Part shown: in pieces, positions 13,684 through 25,485 of the stretch
Layout of the letters: the number at the start of each line of letters is the position of its first letter
Numbering within the stretch: the first letter of the stretch is position 1
Origin: Felis catus
Taxonomy: Eukaryota
Length of the DNA stretch: 64,000 nt
Assembly (NCBI RefSeq): GCF_018350175.1
Contig: NC_058368.1
Location: 149,422,001-149,486,000, forward strand
Direction of reading: 5' to 3'
The notes under the pieces: generated by a model
What the model saw: the letters and a program-made list of their open reading frames with translations, nothing else
The model's database searches: none
What the model was told of the DNA's origin: nothing
Program-made: the position numbers and the translations under genes

Positions 13684-15113
13684 AGGACCATTTATCTTTT
13701 AATCTCTAAAAGATGTTTTATACCTTTAACTTCTATTGGTTTGGATACCATTATAACTAATTCTTAAATCTTTTTTATTGGAACACATAGATTCTTCTCA
13801 CAGACACAGACAGAGCATGAAAAAGAATAATTAATGGAGAATTCTTTATATTACCACGGAATATTTTGTGAACCTACCTGTTTGCCTGTGCCTTACGAGA
13901 GTGGTTGTATAAACCAACTCCAGTTATAGCGCCAGTTTCCTATTTGCTTTAACAAACTACCCAATTAATCTGTAACTTACAACCTCTTGAGTTCTCCTTT
14001 CTCACACCCTCTCTGCCTTCAGTCACTTGCCTTTGTATGGTCCTTTCTCCAGAAGAAATGCACTTTAAGTGTCTTGCATACAGTGGATTCTTTATGCCGT
14101 TTATTCTCTGATTATTACTATTGAGCAAGAATTATAGGACATTTAAAATATAAATCAGAAATACTTGTCCTGAATATCCTCTTTGGTACAGAGTACAGGC
14201 CCCAAGCAAAACTGTGAGGTCAGTGAAGATTAAGTTTGGTAAGTCTTCCTGTCCAACCACAAGTGTTGCTCTATGCAAAGTTCCTTCTGCCACACAGCTG
14301 GAATTTCTCTCCCTCCAGTCTCCCCTACTCTTTCTCCTGTACTCTCAAGTACAGGGAAGAGGACCTATCCTATATTTCATCTTCTAAAGGAGCAAGTGGA
14401 TAACAAGCTAATCTAAAGAACTCATCAAAATGGGAAACTGATAGAGAAAAGTCCTGGCAGAAAGGATGCAGAATTTAACGAAGGACTTTGGGGAGCATGG
14501 CCTGTCACCCCCAGTGATGACTTGGGTGGAACATAAGCCTTCATTTAATGACAAGCACAGTTGATTCATGGTTGTTAGTCTTTGTTGTTTGTAGAAATTG
14601 CCATCATTTCATTGTTACTATACCATAGTTTCTATTTCCTACTCTGTAAACTTCCATGTAAAATGCTGGTTTGAATTTACAGAAAAGAAAAGAAGTAAGT
14701 TGTAATACAGAAATTGAAAGCAATGATGAGAGAATTTTCAAGATCAGGATACACCATTGAAATAAAAGTGGTCCTTGGCTAAATATCACACTTCTAAGCA
14801 GAGAGAATAATTATTAAAATTAGTATTTTTCTACAGTGACTAAAGAATCACATCTCACTTTTGTAGTTCTTACCAAAGTCACATGAAAAGCCCTTTTGAG
14901 GTTCATTCAGAAGAAGAAATATTTGATTCTATCTTTAACATTAATTAGAAGGCTTTATTTTTTTTTCCTTGTGTGTTTAAAATAAGGATTTAGGAAGCAT
15001 CTACGAAGGTCTTTGGCATGCAACACTCAGCATTTGAAAGTAGCTTGTAGAACTTCTGGATTTATTGGGAGAATCAGAATATACCTTATTATAATGAATT
15101 CTAAATCAACTTT

Positions 15114-15327
15114 TTAACAACAAATTTTTTTAATGTTTATTTTTGAGAGAGAGACAGACAGAGTGTGAGTAGAGGAGGGGCAGAGAGAGGGAGACACAGA
15201 ATCCAAAGCAGCCTCTAGGCTCCAAGCTGTCAACACAGAGCCCTACGCGGGACTTGAACTCACAAATGGGGAGATCATGACCTGAGCTGCAGGCGGACGC
15301 CCAACCGACTGAGCCACCCAGGCACCC
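15114..15327 (-). mobile_element. CanSINE
   Basis: TSD tgaattctaaatcaacttt at 15095-15113 and 15328-15346. Confidence 0.96.
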
Positions 15328-15361
15328 TGAATTCTAAATCAACTTTAAAAATAGATCACCA

Positions 15362-15594
15362 GGGGCACCTGGGTGGCTCAGTTGGTTAAGCGTCAGACTT
15401 CGGCTCAGGTCATGATCTCACAGTCTGTGGGTTTGAGCCCCGCATCAGGCTCTGTGCTGACAGCTCAGAGCCTGGAGCCTGTTTCAGAATCTGTGTCTCC
15501 CTCTTTCTCTGACCCTCCCCTGTTCATGCTGTCTCTCTCTCTCTCTCAAAAATAAATAAATGTTAAAAAATAAATTAAAAATAAATAAATAAAT
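15362..15594 (+). mobile_element. CanSINE, felid type
   Basis: TSD aaaaatagatcaccagg at 15347-15363 and 15595-15611. Confidence 0.97.
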
Positions 15595-16057
15595 AAAAAT
15601 AGATCACCAGGATATTCACCTATAACTTGCTGTAATATTCATGGGAATCAATGTACCTACAGAGTGATTGCCTAAGGATCTGGCATACTTCTGTACACAT
15701 CTGTGTGATGATTAGAAGAAAATCTTTTTATGTATCTAAACAACTGGGGGAAATGTCAACAGAGACCACACAGCAGGCCTCATAAACTGTGCTTCCCAGC
15801 AATGTTTATGTTCTTAGTGGAATCCTAGAAGAGATTCACAGTTGTGGGGAATGTGATAAATGCAACATGGGATTGGTTAGGAACCATTAATTTCAAAGTT
15901 TTATGCTATCTTTGCAAACATGGAGAATGTAGCAGAAATCCTATCCACTGTGACATGACCTAGGTGTGGGGGGAAAAGATGGATGTTACAGGATTCAGAA
16001 AATTTCCTTGGGAAAAAAAAGTTGTTCACTATGAATATAAATTAACCAAATGCATAT

Positions 16058-16449
16058 TGTGGGGATCTCCTGATTGGATGGGGGGCACCAAATGTGGGGC
16101 AACCCAGTGAGATGGACAGCAGTGGTGCAGGTGGTTAAAGAACTCACCCAAAGCAGAAGTAGAGAGATAAATGTTTATTGAATACACCGCAAAGGAGCTG
16201 TGGACAGGACAGCAAAAGAGAGACTGCCACAAAGCAGTGGACCCACAATTATAGAGTTGAGTGAGGAGGTATGGGACTGTATGGAATTTTCCCTTTTTGG
16301 TAATTTTAGGAACTGTGCCTGGTTGTAATTGGTCAATTAGGACCTATGACTGTTTCAAGGTGGGCCACTTAATGAACCTGCTTGGATTCAACTTCCACCT
16401 TACTTAGGATTCCATTAATCAAGCTTATTGCCTGAAAGTGGCCTCTACA
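16058..16449 (-). mobile_element. Endogenous retrovirus solo LTR (family not identified)
   Basis: TG...CA termini and 5-bp TSD catat (16053-16057, 16450-16454). The minus strand has CCAAT, TATAA and AATAAA in LTR order. Confidence 0.85.
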
Positions 16450-16950
16450 CATATCACATAAGCATTTTAAAAAGTAGCATTATTTATGAAAGACTGTCTT
16501 CTAAATGGAAAATTAAAAGGATTACTTTTACTCAGAGTATGTCTAATAGCACATACAAACACAAAACGCACAGACCCACAAAAGTCACAGAAGTTCTCAC
16601 TGGTGTTTTAGAATAAAGTTCTCCTACGATCTCAGGGAAAAAGTACAAAAATACCAATCTGGTACAGAAGAATGTCAATCATTCAGGTATTCGGAGTTTT
16701 AGAAGAGAATATTAATACCTTTTTTGAGTTATTAAACTTTTTAAAAAATGATGAATCCCACATATCATCCAGGAGAAATATTGAATTTTTTAACTATAAT
16801 CAAGTAAAATGTCCAGTGAGTTATGTTGGTAGGGCAGTTTTGCACTTGAAAAAAAAAAATTGCAAAGGTGAATCATGATTACTTTATAGGGATCAAACCA
16901 GGCAAATGGTAAGATGCTACCCCCAAACTGGTGTGATGTGAATGGAAGTA

Positions 16951-17282
16951 CAGTTGATTCTTGAATGATATGGGGTTAGGGGTACCAACCCACTGCATGG
17001 TCGAAAATATGCATAGAACTTTGACCTTCCGCAAAGTTAGCTACTGACAGTCTACTGTTGACTGGAAGCCTTACCAATTGCATAAACAGTTAATTAACAC
17101 ATTTTTTGGGTGTAAAATGCATTATTTACTGTATTCTTGTGATAAAGTAAGCTAGAGAAAATAAAATGTAAAGAAAATCATAAGAAAATAGGTTATTGTA
17201 CTGTACTGTATTTATGGGGAAAACAAATCCGTGTCTAAGAGGACCCAGGCAGTTCAAACCTGAGTGGTTCAAGAGTCTGCTG
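16951..17282. mobile_element. Tigger2-derived MITE (TcMar-Tigger)
   Basis: Degenerate TIRs cagttgattcttgaa.../...ttcaagagtctgctg with TA on both sides. The interior resembles Tigger2a. Confidence 0.85.
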
Positions 17283-17289
17283 TATTCAG

Positions 17290-17504
17290 AGGCACCTGAG
17301 TGGCTCAGTTGGTTAAATGTGGGACTTTGGCTAGGTCATGATCTCATAGTTCATGAGTTCGAGCCCTGTGTTGGACTCTGTGCTGACAACTCAGAGTCTG
17401 GAACTTGTTTCAGGTTCTGTGTCTCCCTCTCTCTCTGCCCCTCCCCTGCTTGTGCTCTGTCTCTCCCTCAAAAATAAAAATAAAACATTAAAAAAAATTA
17501 AAAA
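17290..17504 (+). mobile_element. CanSINE, felid type
   Basis: Full SINE. TSD remnant 'tgtattcaga' on both sides. Confidence 0.95.
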
Positions 17505-17893
17505 GGCAATTGTATTCAGAATGTGCTTTTTAATGTCATTGCGTGTAAGATGAACGTGGTGCTGTCACACCCCTCTTTGCTGCTGTAAACCATGGGCAGT
17601 AGTGAAGATGTAAGACTAAATGAACCAACATCAACATTGCCTCCATAAGAATCAGGAAAATAGAGACCTATTATGGCAAATGTTTTTTACTGAATGAGTG
17701 TTCGGAGACTAAATGTAACAAACACAGGAATGCTACAGATATTCATAGCATGTACCTACCCACTTGCGGAACAGTACCATTTTATCTTTCTTTTATCTGA
17801 TATTATTCATTTAAATGTGTCTGTTTTCTAAATATTAAACCACTAAATGTTAAATGTTTCCCAAATAGCAACACATTTGAGACAGGCATGTGT

Positions 17894-18106
17894 GGGGGCG
17901 CCTGGCTGGCTCAGTCAGTTGAGTGTCTGACCTCGGCTCAGGTCATGATCTCATGGTCCGTGAGTTCGAGCCCCACATCGGGCTCTGTGCTGACAGCTCA
18001 GAGCCTGGAGCCTGTTTCAGATTCTGTGTCTCCCTCTCTCTGACCCTCCCCCATTCATGCTCTGTCTCTCTCTGTCTCAAAAATAAATAAACGTTAAAAA
18101 AAAAAA
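17894..18106 (+). mobile_element. CanSINE, felid type
   Basis: Full SINE with TSD agacagg[ca/tg]tgtgt. Confidence 0.97.
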
Positions 18107-18574
18107 AGACAGGTGTGTGTGCTTAAATAATGTACCACATACAATTACTCCCAAAATATCATCAACCAAAAGAACTTTAGTGCTCTGCCCTGAATATGTG
18201 ACAGTGTGCTGTTTGGTCTGTTGTGATCCTGATAACATCTAATGTTAAAGCTTTAGCAGAAATCAGCACAACATGCTGTCAGGTACTTAATCTATCAGTT
18301 GGGGTCCAGTCAAAAACCACTTGTTATTTTAACAGAATTCACTATAAATAATTTTGAACTAGTATTAAAGACTGAAAAGACAAGAAAACACTGATGTATC
18401 ATGGCAGTGGAAGCTATACAGGAAGCTCTATGCCTTTTAGACCTGGAGGAAGAAAGATGCAGGAACCATAAAGGTTTAGAAGTTTGGAGGTGGAACAGCG
18501 TGTAGCTCAGACCTTCAAGCACTGCCAGGGAATCCTGGCGACTCCAGGGGGGAACACCATGAGGTTTGGCTTTT

Positions 18575-18780
18575 TATTTCTTTTTTATTAAATGTTTATT
18601 TTTAAGAAAGCAAGCAGAGGAGGAGCAGAGAGAAAGGGGGACACAGGATCCAAAGCGGACTCTGCACTGACAGCAGAGAGTCTGATGTGGGGCTCAAACT
18701 CACAAACCGGGAGATCACAAGCCGTGAGATGGTGACTTGAGCCAAATTCAGACGCTTAACCGACTGAGCCACCCAGGCAC
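18575..18780 (-). mobile_element. CanSINE with internal duplication
   Basis: SINE body with duplicated 'gagat..' segment. TSD ccatgaggtttggctttt / ccatgaagcttggctttt. Confidence 0.93.
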
Positions 18781-21758
18781 CATGAAGCTTGGCTTTTCAA
18801 AGTGGTAGTGAAAAAAACCTGGGGTTATTGGTGCTGGGGTGAAGAATGGCTGTGGTGACCTTCACAGGGAGCCAGCCCCAGAACCCACCCTTTCTTGGTC
18901 TCCAGCCTCCCAGGCTCCCTCTAACACCCCTTTACATAGCTGTGTGGCAAACACAAGAGCAGTTTGCTGAATCCTAGCCCTAGTATCCCAAAGCTGAGAA
19001 CAAAGGATGTAAAACTGAGAAACACTACTTTCATAACCAGTACATTGTCTTTTAACATAAAAGAGCTTTGGGCCTCTTATATTAACATGTACACTCGTGT
19101 GCTCTGATCCATTTCTCTGAGAAGAAGCAAAGAGCCTTCTTATTATTATCACTCTAATCCCTGGAAACATTAATTAAGGTATGGTTGACATCCTCCTTCA
19201 TTCTGTTTTTATCATCTGCACAGGACATATATTCTTAACAAATATTAGTCGAATGAATGTGTAAAAGTATACTCTAGTCATAACTCCGACTCCTTAATTC
19301 TCTTTAAACAATGAATTTTTCATCTCCTTTGATCACTAAGCTAGAATATAAATATTTCCACCATAAATATTATAGCATCACAGAAATATGGATTCCAAAT
19401 ATTAGAAGCACTTGTGCTTCATTAAAACCATCATTATAGATTTTCCTTATTTCTCTTTTAAACTCCAGAGGGACACGGGAAAGAAATTGAAACTGCCCTC
19501 CTGTGATATCCTGTTAGATTGATTCTATCTATCTGAAACCCCAGTGATACTTGAAGCTACTCTTTGGAATCTCTGTTTTACACAAAACAGATAGCTGTGC
19601 TATTCAGCCTTCATAGGAAAACAATGAAAAATTCTCCTTTTTGATTTCTGCCTCCACTCTCCTCACTTCATCTTCAGTCTCCCTTGGGTGCTATAGTCCT
19701 CTCCAGGTACAAGGTGCTTGATCATGTGCAGAAAATGAGTATTGTTGGAGATAGTTCTATTAAAGTATCTTTGAAAAAGACCTAATGTCTACAAAACTTC
19801 ATTCACTTTACCTAGTTATATTTTAGATTTTCTTTTGGTTTAGAACATTCATTGTGTCATGCCTGAATATTTATTATTTTCCAACAGCACATGAGACAAA
19901 CTTGAGTATGAACTAAGAAGAGAGAATGAACTCAATGGTACAGTGACCTTTAAAACCCATTTCTCAAAACATTTGAAAGAGTGTTGGAAAAATCCATTGT
20001 TTTCCTGGCAATTATCCAAGTTGTTGAAGTCTTTCTCACATATAGTTGAGGATATTATTTTGTAGACATTTCAGGAGTTGGAATCTTTTTGCGGGAAACC
20101 TCTTTAAATATTAGAAAAACAATCCAGCTCTGAAGAGAAATATGTATAAACACATTTTAATGGATTATGTAGTCAATCTGACATTTAAACACAGTCTTCC
20201 ATTTCATTTTACAAACCATATGTTTTACTGTTTTTCCTAACATTGATTATATTATTAGGAGATTATGGAGGAGTGTTTTTGCAGTTTGTTTATGACCTTT
20301 TAGGGGTTTAATCAGAAGTAACCTTGAACAATAAAGACTAATTCCTGCTCAGAAGGTTGTTAATAATATGAGAAAAAAGGAAGGTCAGAGTGTTGGTGGT
20401 ATAATCCCATGGGCAGTCCCTTGATTTTTCAGTATAAAATAGATTGACTTTATACAAGGTACTATGCCCTTAGGATTAAAAAAAGAACAAAAAAAATTAG
20501 CTTTAAAATATAAAGTTGTTTCTGCATTAGTGCTATTCTGCATTAGTGCTATTAGTAGTCCAGGATGGCTAGTAACCAAATAGATCCCAGGGGCATGTCC
20601 CAAACTGTGACACCAAAAACATATCCTGAGGAGCAAACTTGGTCCCAGGTGAGAACCACTGCCTTAGATCTTGATTCTATATTTTCTTCCAGTCTTTTCT
20701 TGTCCCCACTTCTGGGGCAAGTTATAGTATATAGGGATCTGATGATCTTTCTAAGTCATTAGGTTGCTTATTCTGAAAGACTGCCCTATTGTTAATCGCA
20801 CGGTAAGACCTAGTTTAGATACTATGAGATAGCTCTTGATGGGAATGATGGTTGTCTAGTTATATGAATTATGCTAGCCTTTTTTATGAAGTCAGGGTGA
20901 TACTAAAGATGCACTATATTACAAATATCTGGTACTTACAGTGGTTTGTTCTAAGAATGGTGATAGTGAAATAAATCAGTAAGATTTAATGCTGTAAATT
21001 TTCATTATAATCTTTTATTTTTATAAAATTAACACTTTATTAATGATTTTATTTTTCATCCCATTTACTATATAATAATTTATAATACAACACAATTTAT
21101 TTTAATTATGTAATTATTTAATAATATAGCTATTAATGTAACCCTCCTAAAACTCTGCCTATTAAATTTAATTTTATTAATTTTGAGTCAATATTATTAT
21201 ATTAGTATGTATGGACTCTTTATATATTTGGTATATTATATCTTTAGTCATGCGGTTGTAAATTCTTAGGAAATCATTAGGAATGTTATTGCTGCATTAG
21301 ATATCAAATATAGGAATAGCAACTTGGAGTGGAAAAAATAAATGATGGCAGAAATGACAGTGAGGCCAGCATGTACTTTGAGAACTATACTCAGGACAAT
21401 TGCCTTACTTTGAACTAGAGCCTTAAAAGAGAGTATTAGAAGTATTTGTGGACACAAGAGCTCAGTCATTAATGAATAGCATTTCTAGTATTCTAGACCA
21501 TCAAAATTGTAACTAAGAAATGAGAAAATAATTGGGTAAAAAGAGATAAGCTCTTATGACCAGCAAAAAAAAAAAAAAGAAAAAAAAAAGAAAAAAAATT
21601 AGTGTAGAGAAAAAAGGAACTATAACTACTATAAAATAATTTATGCCATTTTATTAGAAAGATATGAAGTCTTTGGTAATCAGAAGCTCATTAATCTTCA
21701 TGTAAATAGTTACAGTTGATGAACACAGCTGTGACCCAACCTTGAAAATAGAACCTTT

Positions 21759-21861
21759 GGGGGTACTTGGTGGCTGGGGGTGGAGCCTGCTTAAGATTCT
21801 CTCTCTCCTTCTGCTCATGTTCATGCTTTCTCTGTCTCTTAAAACAAAAAAAGAAAGAAAA
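21759..21861 (+). mobile_element. Internally deleted CanSINE
   Basis: Head 'ggggtacttggtggct' is joined directly to 'tggagcctgcttaagattctctc'. TSD gaaaat[a/g]gaacctt. Confidence 0.8.
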
Positions 21862-22039
21862 GAAAATGGAACCTTGAGATACTTGTCAATCTCAAACTTG
21901 TCAATCTCAAAATACTTGAGATTTTGTCAATGTATAAGATAAATTTGAGCTCTACAAGAAATTTATTTATTACAGTTAACAAAAACTTGGGGTTTCTAGT
22001 GGAAAAGACATAAAAACACATTTTGTGAAAGTGCAAACC

Positions 22040-22945
22040 CAGATAAGTGTGTGTAAATTATTTGTTTCCTGTTTTTATAACCAAAGATTTTGAAAGCAAG
22101 GGCCATAACTTTCAATGAGTAAGTTGACTTAGAAATCAGAAAAACATGGCAGGCAGGATGTAACTAGAATTCATCAAGGCATAAGACAGACAGCACATGG
22201 CATATAATACTTGTCAGAGTATTTAAAATATATATTAGTACCTGTTTGAATCATTGTAAGATGCTGATTAATTAATGGATAACTTTGAGGCAGTTATCAG
22301 ATATCATATAACAATACCTAACCCTGTCCTATTTTATGTCCTTTTATGTCCTAAAACTTACATCAACAATTCATGTGAGAACCTTGAGTGTGTGTTTTAC
22401 ACATGTGCCAGTGACATGAAGCCAAGATGGACAGCGAAAACAGTGATGCCAAAACCTGGATTCAAATGAATAGTATAAAATAAGCAAAATCAAGCAATAC
22501 AAAATTTGACAGGATTGTTACAAGCCTTGAACCAGAATCAAAAGACACAATTTGGATCAAAGCACAACGAGGGGAATTGGTTTAGCGATAGCATGCATGG
22601 GAAAGAATTCTAGGATTGGCTGACAGCAAATTCAGTATGGCTCAACTGTGTGATTTATTTTCCAAGAACTAATGTGATCTGAAGGCATATTCATGATAAT
22701 ATTTCTCATACTTAATATCTAGAATGACATTGGTAATAACATTTCTTTACTTGGAATCAGTTGGGCCTCCCCAGGATAATTTGGAAAGGTGGGAGAGTGG
22801 TAGAAGGAACTTGATGTCATGTTATTTGAGGAATGGTTGAAGAAGCCATTCATGCCAGGGGAAATATGGTTGCTACCCTCAGACATTTGAGGAGATGTTT
22901 TGTGGAAAAGGACTTTGATTTATTCTGTATAGTAACTCCCAAAAT
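22040..22945 (+). mobile_element. CR1/L3 LINE relic (RT and 3' region)
   Basis: L3-like 'gaggaatggttgaaga', 'cagacatttgaggagatgttttgtggaaaagg..tttattctgtat' and 'caactgtgtgat..ctaatgtgatct'. The ORF 22275-22469 retains PVLF..INN...EC.....ASDMK, which resembles the CR1 RT motif. Confidence 0.7.
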
Positions 22946-24769
22946 AGGCCCACTGTCTGTAAGGTATTCCACCTAATTTCAGTCTGATTTCCAATTCAAG
23001 AAACTATAAGGCTTGACCTCTCAAACAAATTAAACTCTAGGCAAACATTAACAAGAAATTGGTACAACTCTTCTATTTCTAGTCTACTTAGTACCTTTGT
23101 GATGACAAAGAAATCCTTTGTAGAGAAATCCTTTAGGAGTGATCTAGAACAGTTTAGAGTACTATTCTACTTATACCTTTTACTCTGTGTGCAAGAATCC
23201 ATTATAGACAGACGGGACTTTATTAACTCAATGCAAAACATTAGTCACTACTGCTAACCTTTTCTTTGTGTGCCTTCAGAATGTCATAAGCCTCAGAGTT
23301 ATTAGGAGTGCACTACTGATGAATCAGGTAACAGAGTCCTGTGTAGAGAAGTCTGAGGGTATTACTTGCCTTTTCTTTTTCATGTTAAACTTAATAATTT
23401 GATATAATTTTGGAAGGAATAGATAGATGCCTTTCCTTTTCAACAGATAATAGAAAAACCCTATTCTCTCAAAAATATATGATCTTGTTTTGTTAAAGAA
23501 TGGCCCTTTAGGAAAATTTATATTGATATTTTGATACAGAGAACAAGAGGAACTATAGGCTAACTATTTTAGAATTAATGCCATAATTTTTGGTAGATAC
23601 CTCTCAACTTTTGACAGAGTTATAGCTGACAATTCTATACAACAAATCTCAGCCACATATGTACACTTGGAAGGAACTGAAATACACATAGAAGAAAGTA
23701 GTTTATCTTTGAATACATTGAAAATTGTATCATTCTCCCTTTTATTCCTCTAATAATAAAGCTTTTCCTGGCTATTTGGAGTGGCAAGTATTTTCTTTCA
23801 TCCCAGCTTTCCGTATTAGTCACGGTACTAGGTCACAAATTCTACATCAGGGAAAAGATGAAACAACTTTATGAACTCATATTTGTCCCCCCATAATGTT
23901 GTCCAAAGATAAATAGTCATTATACATTTACTGAGTAAAAAGAGTTTTAATGTAAATAGTTGGTATCAGGAAAAATGTTCAAACCATAATTTTAGATGGG
24001 AACTTAAGTTTTATCCCCAAAAGAACAAACTTATTTTCTCTACAAGACTGAAAAAATGAGAAGAAACAATACATTCCCCAAATCAAAAAGCAGGCAATTC
24101 TTTTGGTTTCTTGGAAAGAGTAGAATAGAGCAACGGATAAAAAGCTATTTGCCAGAAGTTAACCATCTATCTAAAGCACATTTAGCCCCTCCCCCCACCA
24201 TGCCCACCTGGACTTTATTGTGTGGAAAGTTTTAGGCTGAAAACTGGGAAAGGAAATGCACAATTACTTTCGTTAACCAAGCTTCATCAGTGCTGAGCAG
24301 CCCTTCCTACTGTAGCTGTTACTGAATGGTTTATACATGGAACACTCAAAAGAGATTTGTTTTTCATCCGGAGCTTAGGGAAATATACAATAGAGCAACA
24401 AATGACAAATACCATAATTGCTGAAGGGTATTATCATTTCTAGTGTGACTGATCAAATCTGGAAGCTTACAATAAAGCAAGCAAGCATTCATTCTGATAA
24501 ATAGCATGCACCAAGTAATTGCTTACTTTTTTCAGAGTTCAGTGGAAAGTCAACTGATAGAACAAAGTGATTTCAGCTTTGTCATTGAACAATAAATGTG
24601 CTCAATGAAGCTTGGCTGGCTTTCTGTTACTCTTTTCTATGCCACCCAGCATAAAACAAAGATCAGCTTCAGGGCACAAGTGGTCTTTTTGGAACTGAGT
24701 TGGCATTGTTGGGGGAAGAACTCCTCTACTTCAACCAAAGTATTTTTCAAATGAATTCTTTCATAAACA

Positions 24770-24895
24770 ATGCTCTTAAGGTCAAAATATGTGGGTTCTA
24801 GACATGTCTCCACCACTTTAAGATTGTAGACCTTTGCAAACAACACTGCCCCCTCTGTGCCACACAGCAGCAATGTAGGGATGATGATATTTGTG
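24770..24895 (+). mobile_element. MIR fragment
   Basis: 'gtgggttcta..ctccaccactt..gacctttgcaaa..cctctgtgcc' follows MIR core order. Confidence 0.55.
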
Positions 24896-25309
24896 GTTTG
24901 TGTCTCGTGTAATATCTGTGTAGAATACATCTGATCGTGTGAAGGAAACTGATAAATCAGCAAATCACGATTATGAATGTTAATAACCATAAGCTTGGAG
25001 AAAGAGCTCTAAAGATAGAGAAACAAACATTCATTTGAATTTCTACTATGCATCCAAAGCATCTTTGAGTGATGAAGTAACCATTGCTTAGCACTTTTCT
25101 ACTTCCTTGAACTTCTAAAGGGCAAATGGCAGTCTTATTTCAAACTCCGATGGTGTTGAAACATTCAGGGTGCATGACCACCTTATCTATGGTTGATACA
25201 CTTATGTCTCTGTTGGTGGATTGGTGCATGGTCTTTAGAAAGTGCTGATTGAGAAAAGAAGACTCCACAGCAGGAATTGCATGGCCAGAATAGTTCTAGA
25301 GAAGTGGAC

Positions 25310-25485
25310 AAATGCAGACAGTGTAAATCAAGCTTGCCTGGGAGCAAGTCCCGCTGCTATTTTTTATTCTGTGATTTTAGGCAACATACCCATTTTGTGA
25401 CGCTTTCTGAACTGGAAGAAAAAAAACTCCCTTTATCATGGATCAATTATGAGGATTAAATGGCCATAGTAAGAACTTTAGGAAA
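25310..25485 (+). mobile_element. MIR fragment
   Basis: 'tgcctgggagcaagtccc..ctgtgattttaggcaa..tatgaggattaaatg'. Confidence 0.6.

Noticed and set aside
13315..13767. 150-aa ORF, and the many similar MAQ.V...TSAQVMIS-type ORFs across the window
   Set aside because: These are translations of CanSINEs. The recurring peptide reflects the repeat, not a protein family.
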